Part shown: positions 7,411 to 16,397 of the stretch, one piece after another
Position numbering within the stretch: the stretch's first letter is position 1
Layout: the number at the start of each line of letters is the position of its first letter
Assembly: GCA_964600055.1 (NCBI GenBank)
Contig: CAZRID010000001.1
Location: 1-39,642, forward strand
DNA length: 39,642 nt
Source of the DNA: an uncultured Acidimicrobiaceae bacterium
GTDB lineage: Bacteria > Actinomycetota > Acidimicrobiia > Spongiisociales > ZC4RG35
Direction: 5' to 3'
Position numbers and translations under genes: made by a program
Notes under the pieces: generated by a model
Told to the model about the DNA's origin: nothing
Seen by the model: the letters and a program-made list of their open reading frames with translations, nothing else
Databases searched by the model: none

Positions 7411-9800
7411 CAGGCGTGCTCGTTTCGGAAGCGTTCGATTCCGTCGGAGACCGAGTTGGCGACGCGGCGTTCCATCTCGGTGGCGGGGAGGCCGTTGATG
7501 TTGACGTCGATGCGGCCGCCTCCGCCGAAGCCGGCGGCGGCTGCTCCTCGTTCGAGGATCCCGGCTAGCCGGACTTGGCTGGCGAGGCCGGAAAGGTCGA
7601 ACCCGACGGGGATGATGAGTTGGGGGAGTCCCTGACCGGCGATGTCCATCGCCCCGGGGAGCTCGAGGGCGAGGAGGGCGGCCATGTCTTCGGCCTTGGG
7701 GATGATCGCCTCGGTGATCTGTGAGCTGATCTCCCCGCTCACCTGGTCGATCTCGAAACCGATGGCTTCGAACATGGCTTTGACTTCGGCTGGTGTCGAA
7801 CCGAGGGCGGCGGCGATGGCGACGAACCCTGAAGCCGGGTCGCCCTGGTTGAACGTTTCGAAAGCGGCCAGGGTGCGGAGGAGCTGCTCGGCCCGTTCGG
7901 CTGCTTCGCCGGCAGTTTCGGCGCTGCCGCCGGCACCTTCCACGTCCTTGATTTCTCCGAGGAGCTCCTGGAGGGATTGGAACTCTTGGACCGCGGCGAA
8001 GAAGGGGTTGGCAGCGGCGAGGAGGACGTCGGCCAGGTTCTCATGGGCGAGTCGGGCGGCGTCGAGCTGTTCGGCCAGGTTGGCGGCCTCCTGGGCGGCT
8101 GGGGAGAGACCTTCGGCCGAGAGCTGCTCGAGCAATGTTGTCAGGGGATCGACCTGACCGGCGGTTCCGGCGGCGGCGTCGCCGGCGGCGGCCATGCTGT
8201 GAGCCCAGCCGTCGGTGCCGCCCACCGCCATGTCCATGTTGGGGATGTAGTTACGGAAGATGGCCAGCAGATCGGTGGTGGTCAGACCGAGGTCCTGGCC
8301 GGCCTGGTGGGCGTCGAGGAAGGTTTGGCCGATAAGGCCCATCTGTTGAGAGGTGAGCCGGCCGGCGGCGGCGAGCCGGACGAACTCGGTGGTGGAGACT
8401 TTCCCGTTCCGGGCCAGGAACGCCATCTGCTCTGCTACTGCCGCTACCGGGTCGCGGGCGTTGGCCATGGCGTCGATGACGTTGTTGACGGCCACGTCGA
8501 GAAACAGGGCGGCTTTGGCGGCATCGGTGCCGGCCTGATTCCATGGCTGCAACGCCGCCACAACCAGACCGCCGGTGTCGCCGAGCACGTCTAGCCCTCT
8601 GAGGGTGGTGGTGGCGATGTCGGTCACTAACCCGACCAAAGGGTTGGTGGCCAGATCGGTCAGAGATACCACCAGGTCGGTAACCGCCGGGATGATGTCG
8701 TTGGTGATCACCGGGCCGATCGCTTGCAGGCCGAGCACCAGGGAGGGGACGATCTGTTGGCCGGCTTTGATCATCTCGACGTTGATCGCCTCGAGGGCCT
8801 GTTTCATCTTGAAGCCCTCGTCATCGGCCACCGCACCGAACGCGTCGCCGGCATCACCGGTGAAATCGGCGACCTTTGCCATCGTGGCGGCGGTCTGATC
8901 AGCCCCCGCTCCGACCAGGTTCAAGAATCCGGTCAGGGCTCTGACGTCGTCGAACACGTCGGAGATGGCCTCCTCGTTGCCCCGGAAGGCATCCTGGAGG
9001 AAGAGGAGAGTTTCGAGGAGCCCATCGTCGCGGACCGACCTGCGGATCTCGTCGAAGCTCAACCCGAGACCTTCGAGCCGTTCCTCGGCTTGGAGGGATG
9101 GATTCAGGAACGAGACCAGGATCCCCCGGAAACCGGTGAAGGCCTCATCGGCGCCGAGCCCTCGCAAAGTCATGGCAGCGATCGCACCGCCGACCTCTTC
9201 GAACTCGACACCCATCTGGGCCGCGATCGGAATGACCTTGCCGATGCCGTCGGCGATCGAGGCCGCCTCGGCTTTCCCTTCCCGCACGGTCGCCACCAGG
9301 ATGTCGGTGGCGGCGGCCGCCGAGAGCACTGCCGGGCCGTAGGCGCTGATGGCCGAGGTGACAGCGTCGGCGACAGTTGCCGTCTGGCCGAGGCCGGCGA
9401 CGGAGGCCATAGCCGATTGCTCAAGGATGTCCATCGCCTCGGCACCTTTGAAACCTGACGAGGCGATGAACTGGAGTGCTTCGGCCAGTTCCTGGGCCGA
9501 TTTGCCCATCCGCGGACCCATGACCAGGACCTGCTCGCTCCAGGCTTGTACCTGCTCCTCGGCGACGCCGGCCAAACCGACGATCCGGGAGAGGGTGTTC
9601 TCAAATGGGAGGAAGGCGTCGGCGGCCTTATCGGCAAACGCTCCAGAGGCGGCGACCAGACCGGTGAGGCCGACCCCGGCCGCCAACACACCAGGTGACA
9701 GGTTGGTTTTGAGGCCGGTGTTGAGAGCACCCCGGAACGACCCGAAGTCGGGGAGGATGGCCACCCCGGCCGAGGCGATGTTGGGTGTCCCGAAAGGCAT
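7410..9800 (-). CDS. Tape measure protein (796 aa)
   Basis: Large Ala/Gly-rich helical protein with a TP901-type TMP core (…SRIVGLAGVAEEQ…SAQELAEALQFIASSGFKGAEAM…). Follows the chaperone pair. Confidence 0.9.
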   Translation of the reverse strand: MPFGTPNIASAGVAILPDFGSFRGALNTGLKTNLSPGVLAAGVGLTGLVAASGAFADKAADAFLPFENTLSRIVGLAGVAEEQVQAWSEQVLVMGPRMGKSAQELAEALQFIASSGFKGAEAMDILEQSAMASVAGLGQTATVADAVTSAISAYGPAVLSAAAATDILVATVREGKAEAASIADGIGKVIPIAAQMGVEFEEVGGAIAAMTLRGLGADEAFTGFRGILVSFLNPSLQAEERLEGLGLSFDEIRRSVRDDGLLETLLFLQDAFRGNEEAISDVFDDVRALTGFLNLVGAGADQTAATMAKVADFTGDAGDAFGAVADDEGFKMKQALEAINVEMIKAGQQIVPSLVLGLQAIGPVITNDIIPAVTDLVVSLTDLATNPLVGLVTDIATTTLRGLDVLGDTGGLVVAALQPWNQAGTDAAKAALFLDVAVNNVIDAMANARDPVAAVAEQMAFLARNGKVSTTEFVRLAAAGRLTSQQMGLIGQTFLDAHQAGQDLGLTTTDLLAIFRNYIPNMDMAVGGTDGWAHSMAAAGDAAAGTAGQVDPLTTLLEQLSAEGLSPAAQEAANLAEQLDAARLAHENLADVLLAAANPFFAAVQEFQSLQELLGEIKDVEGAGGSAETAGEAAERAEQLLRTLAAFETFNQGDPASGFVAIAAALGSTPAEVKAMFEAIGFEIDQVSGEISSQITEAIIPKAEDMAALLALELPGAMDIAGQGLPQLIIPVGFDLSGLASQVRLAGILERGAAAAGFGGGGRIDVNINGLPATEMERRVANSVSDGIERFRNEHA

Positions 9801-10494
9801 CAGTGGACCGTCCTTTCACCGCCAGGGACCGCGCCTACCCGGAAGGCGTCGAGGGAGAGGACGGTGGCTTTCCGTTTGGTCAGCTGGTTGAAGGTGGCCA
9901 GCCATTCGGGGGTTTCGGTTTCGAGCGGGTTGGCCACCTCGCCGACGGTCCGGTCGATGGCCGGCCGTTTGGGACCGTGGGCTTTCCACACTGCCCGGAT
10001 GAAGGCCGAGTCGGGTGGGAGGTTGTCGATCCGGTTGCGGAGGGTGCGCCAGCTCAGGCTGAGCGGGTCGCTGATCCGGTAGTACCTGTCGAGGTCCGCC
10101 TCCGCCGCCCCGAAGTTTTCGATGATGAGGTCGGGGAGGCTGGGGAGGGGGGGTCTTCGGCCACCTCCACGGTGGTCTCTTCGTCACCGGGGGAGCGGCC
10201 GGCGATTCCCATGTACTCCATCCACAGTTCGCCGGCCGCCCAGCGGAGCTCGTCGAGGGTGAGTTCGGTCTTGATCGCATCGAGCTGATCGCCGAAGAGC
10301 ATGTCGTAGAACGGTCTGACCACTTCGGCGGGCATGATCCGGCCGAAGGCTTTGGATCCGTGCTCGCGTTGGAAATCCAAAAAGGCGCCCGAGTTGATGT
10401 CGGGTGGGAACTCGAACGTGCGACCGCGCGGGAACCGAAGTGTGATCGGTTCCCGCGCGGAGCGTGCTTCGTCGTATTGGTGGATCCGCCCCAT
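9800..10494 (-). CDS. Tail assembly chaperone, -1 frameshift fusion (G-T-like)
   Basis: My translation of the -1 frame from 10147 gives LPSLPDLIIENFGAAEADLDRYYRISDPLSLSWRTLRNRIDNLPPDSAFIRAVWKAHG... It ends in a TGATG overlap with the tape measure start. The -1 frame is open only from 10183. Confidence 0.7.
10054..10494 (-). CDS. Tail assembly chaperone, zero-frame product (G-like)
   Basis: Lies between the major tail and tape measure genes. Contains the in-phase slippery run C CCC CCC at 10153-10147. Confidence 0.75.
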   Translation of the reverse strand: MGRIHQYDEARSAREPITLRFPRGRTFEFPPDINSGAFLDFQREHGSKAFGRIMPAEVVRPFYDMLFGDQLDAIKTELTLDELRWAAGELWMEYMGIAGRSPGDEETTVEVAEDPPSPASPTSSSKTSGRRRRTSTGTTGSATRSA

Positions 10495-11057
10495 CAGGTG
10501 AGGGACACGTACTCGTCGAGGGTCCAGATGGAACCGGACGACGGTTTCGCCAGCCGGAAGGTGGTGGCGATGATCGCCTTCTGCGGGGCCTTACGGAACG
10601 GGATCGACGCCTGGCCGACCGACCACGCCTTGGGGCATTGCAGGTCGGAATGGAACGGGGTGTTGCTGTTGAAGAACCGGAACAGCAACGCCTTGGCGAC
10701 CGCCGAGGTCAGCGACGGGGGAGTCAAGGTGCGGCGGACCGGGGGACCGGGGATCGCGGTCAACGTGCCACCGTTGAGGACGTTCTGGAGCGTCTCGGCG
10801 ATCATCTGCGCCAGGGCGATCGTGAGCCGATACTCGACCGCGGTGAAGCGGGTGTCGATCGGTTCGGCCTCCTCGGCGACATCGATGTTCTCGAAGGTCA
10901 TGTCGAACTCGAAGGCGGCACCCTGGTCGGAATAGCCGACGTCGATCCATGTCCCCGCGGGGGCTGTTTCCGGGGTGGCCGGGAAGGCGGTCGCGAGAGG
11001 GGCTGTCCACATTTGGCCGGGGCCGACTAGGACCTGGGTTACATTTCTTGCTGGCAT
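10494..11057 (-). CDS. Major tail protein (187 aa)
   Basis: Position directly upstream of the chaperones, appropriate size, SD aggagg. Confidence 0.75.
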   Translation of the reverse strand: MPARNVTQVLVGPGQMWTAPLATAFPATPETAPAGTWIDVGYSDQGAAFEFDMTFENIDVAEEAEPIDTRFTAVEYRLTIALAQMIAETLQNVLNGGTLTAIPGPPVRRTLTPPSLTSAVAKALLFRFFNSNTPFHSDLQCPKAWSVGQASIPFRKAPQKAIIATTFRLAKPSSGSIWTLDEYVSLT

Positions 11058-11102
11058 TCGTTGTCCTCCTGCCTGGTTGCGGGTCCTTGTCGGACCGGTC
11101 GG

Positions 11103-11357
11103 TTACTTGCTGGTCTTGGCCTTTGCACGTCGGGGAGCTCGGACGGTTCTCGGAGTGGTGGTCTTGGCGGCCGCCTTCTTCACTTCCGCGAAGGCGGGGA
11201 GCCGGGGCTTGTCCTCGCCAGCCCAGATCTCGACCTTCTCGAGGTTGGCCCATTCGGTCTCGTCGACCTCGTAGACCTCGCCGGCGATGAACATCGCCTT
11301 GCCGATCTCCACGGCCGAGGTGGGCCACAGAGCCGGGTTGACTTGGATGGTGTGCAT
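11103..11357 (-). CDS. Small protein with a basic Ala/Lys/Arg C-terminal tail (84 aa)
   Basis: Trimmed to the ATG at 11357, preceded by caggaggcct. The tail reads KKAAAKTTTPRTVRAPRRAKAKTSK. It resembles the gene at 18697-18993. Confidence 0.6.
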   Translation of the reverse strand: MHTIQVNPALWPTSAVEIGKAMFIAGEVYEVDETEWANLEKVEIWAGEDKPRLPAFAEVKKAAAKTTTPRTVRAPRRAKAKTSK

Positions 11358-11418
11358 AGGCCTCCTGTCGGATCGACGTGGATAGGTGTCGCAGCCCCAG
11401 AACCCGGAACGGTGGCCG

Positions 11419-11814
11419 TCAGGAGCTGGGACGGAGAGTGAGAGCGGCCAGGACCGTGAAACGGGCCCACTTGGTGAGAGGCTCGGGCGTCCGTCGCCAC
11501 GAGATCGAGCCGACTCCGTAACCGAACCCCTGGCCGTTGGAAACATGGTTGAGAGCTTCGAGCTGGTCGACCACCGTCCGGTAGAGGACGTCGACGCCGG
11601 CCTCGTCGTCGTCGTAACAGTCGAACTGGAGCTGGGCTATGTCGATCGGGGCTTCGCTCCCATCGGTGGCAGCGTCGAACAGGAAGACCCGGAGGAACGG
11701 CATGGGGGGCTCGTTGGGGAGTTTGGTGGCCACCCGGGTTCCGACCAGAGCGGCGATGGGGACGTTGGCTTTGGCCCATGCCACCGCGAACCGTTCCGGG
11801 GATGGGCGGGGCAT
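11419..11814 (-). CDS. Tail terminator / tail completion-like protein (131 aa)
   Basis: Trimmed to the ATG at 11814 (TGATG overlap). Position is upstream of the major tail protein. Confidence 0.5.
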   Translation of the reverse strand: MPRPSPERFAVAWAKANVPIAALVGTRVATKLPNEPPMPFLRVFLFDAATDGSEAPIDIAQLQFDCYDDDEAGVDVLYRTVVDQLEALNHVSNGQGFGYGVGSISWRRTPEPLTKWARFTVLAALTLRPSS

Positions 11815-12095
11815 CAGGCCTCCTCGAGGAAGAGCAGACCGCCATGGCCGGCGGCATGGTCGGCCTGATAGCGCCAGGCGGTGCCGGTCGAGCGGACAAT
11901 GGTGGCGGTGTCGAGGTGGATCTGTCCGCCGGCCTGACGGACCGCAGACTCCAGGTAGAGGTTGATCATCCCGACCCCGTCGAGGAGCTGGGCCCACTCG
12001 GCCGCCTTGAGCGGAGAGATCACCAACTCGCGTCCGCTCCGGGCCGCCTCGAGGAGATCCTCCCGGGCCCGGGCCCGTCTCACCGCTTTCTTCAT
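11814..12095 (-). CDS. Hypothetical protein in the head-tail joining module
   Basis: Translationally coupled on both sides. No motif recognised. Confidence 0.5.
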   Translation of the reverse strand: MKKAVRRARAREDLLEAARSGRELVISPLKAAEWAQLLDGVGMINLYLESAVRQAGGQIHLDTATIVRSTGTAWRYQADHAAGHGGLLFLEEA

Positions 12096-12409
12096 CCGAG
12101 ATGCTGACGGATCGTGAGGTTGGCGGCCTGGCGGGCGAAGGGTTGCGGTTCGGTGTCGCCGGTTCCGAACTCGACGAAAGGGAAATGCTCGGCTTCGGAT
12201 CCGATCAGGAGGGCGAGCTCGTCACCGGAACGGTCTACCACGGCGTAGGCCTTGTCCCGGAGCTCGCCGCTGTCGACCGGGGCTCCCCGCTTCACTTCCC
12301 GCTCGGCGGTCGGGCGGAGCTTCTCCTCCCAGAACGGGGCGACCAGATCGACCAGCTCGCCGTCCAAGTCGAGATCCATGACCACTGTCAGATCTCCGAA
12401 GCCGATCAT
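12092..12409 (-). CDS. HK97 gp10-like head-tail joining protein (105 aa)
   Basis: Trimmed to the ATG at 12409 (ATGA overlap). The motif PVDSGELRDK...FVEFGTG is typical of the gp10 family. Confidence 0.65.
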   Translation of the reverse strand: MIGFGDLTVVMDLDLDGELVDLVAPFWEEKLRPTAEREVKRGAPVDSGELRDKAYAVVDRSGDELALLIGSEAEHFPFVEFGTGDTEPQPFARQAANLTIRQHLG

Positions 12410-12744
12410 TGCACCACCTCGAATGTGACCTTCTGATGGTGGACCGCGGCGCGGCCCCACTCCTTGGCGATCGAGACCAGATGCTCGGCCACCCGGCCGT
12501 CATAGGTGACCTCGTCTCCGTCCTGACAGTCGAGAGCGGGTGGAACCCAGGCGGTGTAGCGGATCAAGGTGAGCTGGTCGCTGATCCGTTCACGGTGGAT
12601 CTCTTTTATCCGGGCCGGGGAGGGGGAGCCGGCCACGTGGGCCAGAGTCCCGATCGGCTTGCCGAAATCGTCCGCCGCGGCGGGGATGTCGGCGGTGAAC
12701 CTCTTCACGGTGAGCTCGTCGGGGAGGAGTCCGAGCAGACCCAT
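12406..12744 (-). CDS. Head closure / head-tail adaptor protein (112 aa)
   Basis: Trimmed to the ATG at 12744. Position lies between the connector-like and gp10-like genes. Confidence 0.5.
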   Translation of the reverse strand: MGLLGLLPDELTVKRFTADIPAAADDFGKPIGTLAHVAGSPSPARIKEIHRERISDQLTLIRYTAWVPPALDCQDGDEVTYDGRVAEHLVSIAKEWGRAAVHHQKVTFEVVQ

Positions 12745-12745
12745 G

Positions 12746-13369
12746 TCAGAGACCGGGAAGGATGTAACGGTCGAGGATCGGCCACATCCATTCGGAGAAC
12801 TCGACCAGGTTGTTGAGACCGTCGGCCGGGCCGAAATATTCGGCCCGGTAGGTGTCGATCTGTTCGGCTTTGAGACCTTCCGAGGGGCCACCGCCGGCGG
12901 CGTTGGCCGCACCCATCTGGAAGGCGTGGGCTGCCATCCAGGCGACGACGTCGACCAGAGCCTTCGGGGCCTGGTTGGCCGGGTATCCGCCCTGATAGGT
13001 GACGACGATCCCTTGCGGCTTCGAGGTCCGCCACTCGGCCTGGTTTCCGCCGGAAACTCTGATGAGCCGGCCTTCCAGGTCGGCGTCGCTGTAAAGCAGA
13101 TAGTCGGAAGCGGAAAGGGTGACGCCGGCTTCGACCACCGTGGTGATCGAAACGACCGGCAGATATTTGAGGAACAGGGCCCTCCGCGGGGAACCGGCAT
13201 GATGCCCGTCGAACCGTTCGGTGTGGGCGGTCTGCTCGAGCGGTCGGCCGAGATGACTTTCGACGTGGCCCTGGGCCGCCTCGAGGAGAGCGGTGACCAC
13301 CGCGTCGGGTTCGGAGGTCACATCGATTTGGAGCCGCTTCTCGACGTCGGCCTGGATAGCGATGGTCAA
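12746..13369 (-). CDS. Head-tail connector (gp6-like) protein
   Basis: N-terminus ADVEKRLQID...VVTALLEAAQGHVESHLGRPL is typical of gp6-like connector proteins. Contains parS-like copy 3. Confidence 0.55.
   Translation of the reverse strand: MTIAIQADVEKRLQIDVTSEPDAVVTALLEAAQGHVESHLGRPLEQTAHTERFDGHHAGSPRRALFLKYLPVVSITTVVEAGVTLSASDYLLYSDADLEGRLIRVSGGNQAEWRTSKPQGIVVTYQGGYPANQAPKALVDVVAWMAAHAFQMGAANAAGGGPSEGLKAEQIDTYRAEYFGPADGLNNLVEFSEWMWPILDRYILPGL
13043..13057 (+). promoter_or_regulatory. parS-like palindrome copy 3 (inside a CDS)
   Basis: The plus strand reads GGTTTCCGCCGGAAAC. The transcribed minus strand carries the central-G form. Confidence 0.5.
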
Positions 13370-13378
13370 TCGAACCTC

Positions 13379-14860
13379 CTACCAGGGGGGCGAGTCGCCG
13401 GGGCCGACCCGGGTGAAACCGACCGGGTTCCGGGTGAAACCGACCGGATCCGGCGACCAGAAGGAGGCGGCGGGGAGGGCGTCGGTGGCGGTGACCGTGG
13501 CGGTGATCAGGATCTGGAGCTGGTCGACGGCGTCGAAACGGTCGGTGGCGGCCACTGTGACGATCACAACGATCCCGAGTGCTTCGGCCCCGCTCCACGA
13601 ATGGGACCCGTCGATGGTGACCACACCGGTGATGGTGAGGTTCTCGACCGAGTCGAGCCGATCGCTGGCGGCCACGGTGGCGGCCGCTTCGATCTCACGG
13701 TTCTCCACCGCGTCGAGTCGGTCGGTGGCGGTGATCGTGACACTGCCCGAAACCTCGCGGCCGGTCTCGTCGTAATGGGCGGAGCCGGCGAGCGTGTCAG
13801 TCCCGGTGACCGTCGAAACGATCGTCACCTCGCGGCTGGACTCCTCATGGTCCTGGCGATCGGATCCTGAAACTGTGCCGGCGACGGCCACCTCGGCGGC
13901 CTCGACCATGTCGACCCGATCGGAGCCGGTCACGCTTGAGGTGATCGTGATAGTGAGGTTCTCGACGTACCGCTTGGCGTCGGTGCCGGTAACCGTGGCG
14001 GCGATCGACAGCTCGGCCGCTTCGACCATGTCGACCCGATCGGTGCCCGCCACGGTCGCTACCGCGGCGACCTCGCGGCCGGCTTCCTCATGGTCCTGCT
14101 GGTCGGTTCCGGTGACGGTGCCGGTGACGGATATCTCACGGCCGGTCTCGTCGAAGAGGGTGCCGCCCGCTACTTCTCGGATGGCGATGAGCGATACCAC
14201 CCACCCGGCGCCTGCTGGGGCCGACGAGGGAGTGTCGGTGAAGGTGTCCCCGGTGATCGTGGCCAGGCGGGTGGCGACATGTACTGTGACGTTGTTAGCC
14301 GCTGGGGTGCCGGTGGTACCGAAATCGAACTGTTCGGTGTAATCGGCGTCGGTGGTAAATGTAATCTCGTTCTCGGTGGCATCGATTCCGATCCACATCC
14401 GCTCGATTGAGCTGAGTCCGGAAAGGGTTACCTCATGCGTCGCTCCGCCGGTTCCATCAACATGGGCGGGAGTTTCCACCGCGTAGTCGCTGGCACCGAT
14501 GGGAATTTCGAGGATGCAGATGGCCTTGGCGGCGGTGTTGCCCGAACGGTTGCCGGTGATCGTGTCGCCGGTTCCAATCTCGGTGGTGACGAGGGTGATC
14601 CAGGCCGATTTTGTGATGCCATCGGCGACGGCACCTTCCGAGCGGGTGCGCTCATAGAGCTTTACCCAGGTGTGTCCGTCGGTATCGGTGACTGAGGTGT
14701 GATGGGTAGAAGCCCCAGAGGTAGTCGTGGAGTTGTCGGTGGCGAACACCACCAGCGCCAGGCGTCCGACAGCAATAGCCGCGCTCGGAGAGAACGCAAT
14801 GCTGGCGCCGGATACCTTCTCTGATGCCGACCCGCGGGCAACGGGGGTACCGAAGGCCAT
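13379..14860 (-). CDS. Repeat-array protein: about 235-aa N-terminal domain plus about 11 degenerate 19-25-aa repeats
   Basis: Repeats of the type E..(R)E(V/I)....TV(T/A)G(T/S)DR.D.V run from aa 236 to about aa 470. The C-terminus carries PVGFTRN PVGFTRV. Confidence 0.7.
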   Translation of the reverse strand: MAFGTPVARGSASEKVSGASIAFSPSAAIAVGRLALVVFATDNSTTTSGASTHHTSVTDTDGHTWVKLYERTRSEGAVADGITKSAWITLVTTEIGTGDTITGNRSGNTAAKAICILEIPIGASDYAVETPAHVDGTGGATHEVTLSGLSSIERMWIGIDATENEITFTTDADYTEQFDFGTTGTPAANNVTVHVATRLATITGDTFTDTPSSAPAGAGWVVSLIAIREVAGGTLFDETGREISVTGTVTGTDQQDHEEAGREVAAVATVAGTDRVDMVEAAELSIAATVTGTDAKRYVENLTITITSSVTGSDRVDMVEAAEVAVAGTVSGSDRQDHEESSREVTIVSTVTGTDTLAGSAHYDETGREVSGSVTITATDRLDAVENREIEAAATVAASDRLDSVENLTITGVVTIDGSHSWSGAEALGIVVIVTVAATDRFDAVDQLQILITATVTATDALPAASFWSPDPVGFTRNPVGFTRVGPGDSPPW

Positions 14861-14863
14861 TGG

Positions 14864-16390
14864 TTAACTCCAAACGCCGGACTGCCACCTATGGATTTCG
14901 ACTCCACCTTCCAAGATTCTCAACACCGACCCCGCCCCCAACGACGTGATCGTGAAGTCGGCCGGGAGTAGACCGCAATCCTCGAACCGGTACGAAATAG
15001 GGGTAGTCCCGGCCTGGACCAGCACGTTCGTCCACGTCGCCCGACGGGCCACCACGTCGCCACGGATGACCGTGATCGGGGCGTGGGCGATGACAAGCTG
15101 CCCGTCGGTCAGATAGTCTTCAAAAAGGATGGCGTCTTCCCGTTCCGACTTGGCGAACGACCAGAGCGCCGCCCGGTTCGGCGAGACCGGGCCTGGGCCG
15201 TCGGCGGTAGACGTGATTTGACGGAACCGGGAATCGTTCCGATAAGCCCCCGAGATGATCCCACCCCGCCCGTTCCGATAAGAGTCGAACCGGTTAAACG
15301 GATGGGAGTAGAGATGGTCGTTCTGCCAGTTGAACAATCCGAGGGCGTTGTTGTTGTGAGAGACGCAGTCGTCGAACTGCCACACCGCCCCGCCCACATT
15401 CGCCCCGGAATGTTCCGGCCAGTGGAAACCGGACGACTGGGTCCCACCGCTAACCGCCGCCGCTACAGAGTCGACACAACGATTATCGGAACCGGCCAGC
15501 AACAAAAACCCGGTCAGCCGGATAGCGTTCTGACTGTTCGACGCTGACACCCCCAACGCCAAACAGTGGTCGTACAAGTTGTCATTGGTGTTGTTGGCGG
15601 TGTGATTGTTGTCCAGTGGCCGATCCCACCAATACGGGTCGTCTTTCGTGTTGTAGGCAACACAGTCGACAAACGAAACCCCATACGAAGCGTGCGGAAC
15701 GAAAGCATGGTTCTTCCCACCCTCAACCACAACAGCCTCGACTATCGACCCGCGGCTGGCCTCACCGTTGAGATGGAAGTGGAGCGGATAGTCACCGAGG
15801 ACTCCGGTCGTGCCCGAATCAACGACGGCGAGATGCTTTAAAGATTGGACGCCGGCACCCTCATGAAAGTGGAGCCGGCGCAGATTGATGAACTTGATCG
15901 ACCGGGTGAGGTTGGCGACTTCCGGCTTCGCAATCGAACCGTCGACCAAAGTCACGTCGGGCGAGTTGACCGGTCGGACAGTGGCCGCCCACGAACCCTG
16001 CCAAGTGATGACGGTCGGCACGTAAACCCCGACCTTGGTGGGGGCTACACCCAAACGGTCACCGGTCACCCAGCCAGTTGTATCTCCACCCCAGGGAGTC
16101 CAACCCTTCTTGACCTTTCCGGCCAGAGTGACAACCCCGCCGTTCTGGACAAGGATTTGGAACCCGTTCCCGGCAACCGTGAACGTGTCGATCCCGGTCA
16201 GAGTGCCTTCGACAATCAGATCCCCGGTCAGGTTCACATTGCCGACGATCTGCGCGGTAGTCCCAGTGGGAATAGTCCCGGAATAGTTGCCAGAGATTTG
16301 CACAGTGGCTAGCGCCTTTCGATGGAACAGACCAACCCCCAACGCAGCCAGCCAGCCCGCAAGGATTTGCAAGAACCGGCGGCGATGCAT
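14864..16390 (-). CDS. Tat-signal beta-helix protein (G8-like N-terminus, pectate-lyase-fold-like), 508 aa
   Basis: MHRRRFLQILAGWLAALGVGLFHRKALA-TV has a twin-arginine motif and an AxA cleavage site. The body is rich in short Gly/Asn/Val beta-helix-like repeats. Confidence 0.65.
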   Translation of the reverse strand: MHRRRFLQILAGWLAALGVGLFHRKALATVQISGNYSGTIPTGTTAQIVGNVNLTGDLIVEGTLTGIDTFTVAGNGFQILVQNGGVVTLAGKVKKGWTPWGGDTTGWVTGDRLGVAPTKVGVYVPTVITWQGSWAATVRPVNSPDVTLVDGSIAKPEVANLTRSIKFINLRRLHFHEGAGVQSLKHLAVVDSGTTGVLGDYPLHFHLNGEASRGSIVEAVVVEGGKNHAFVPHASYGVSFVDCVAYNTKDDPYWWDRPLDNNHTANNTNDNLYDHCLALGVSASNSQNAIRLTGFLLLAGSDNRCVDSVAAAVSGGTQSSGFHWPEHSGANVGGAVWQFDDCVSHNNNALGLFNWQNDHLYSHPFNRFDSYRNGRGGIISGAYRNDSRFRQITSTADGPGPVSPNRAALWSFAKSEREDAILFEDYLTDGQLVIAHAPITVIRGDVVARRATWTNVLVQAGTTPISYRFEDCGLLPADFTITSLGAGSVLRILEGGVEIHRWQSGVWS

Positions 16391-16397
16391 CAGGCAC

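Noticed and set aside
9816-10280. ORF 9816-10280(-) as the chaperone extension frame
   Set aside because: It lies in the +1 frame relative to the G-like gene and translates to Pro/Arg-rich junk. The -1 frame gives a convincing peptide that ends exactly at the tape measure start.
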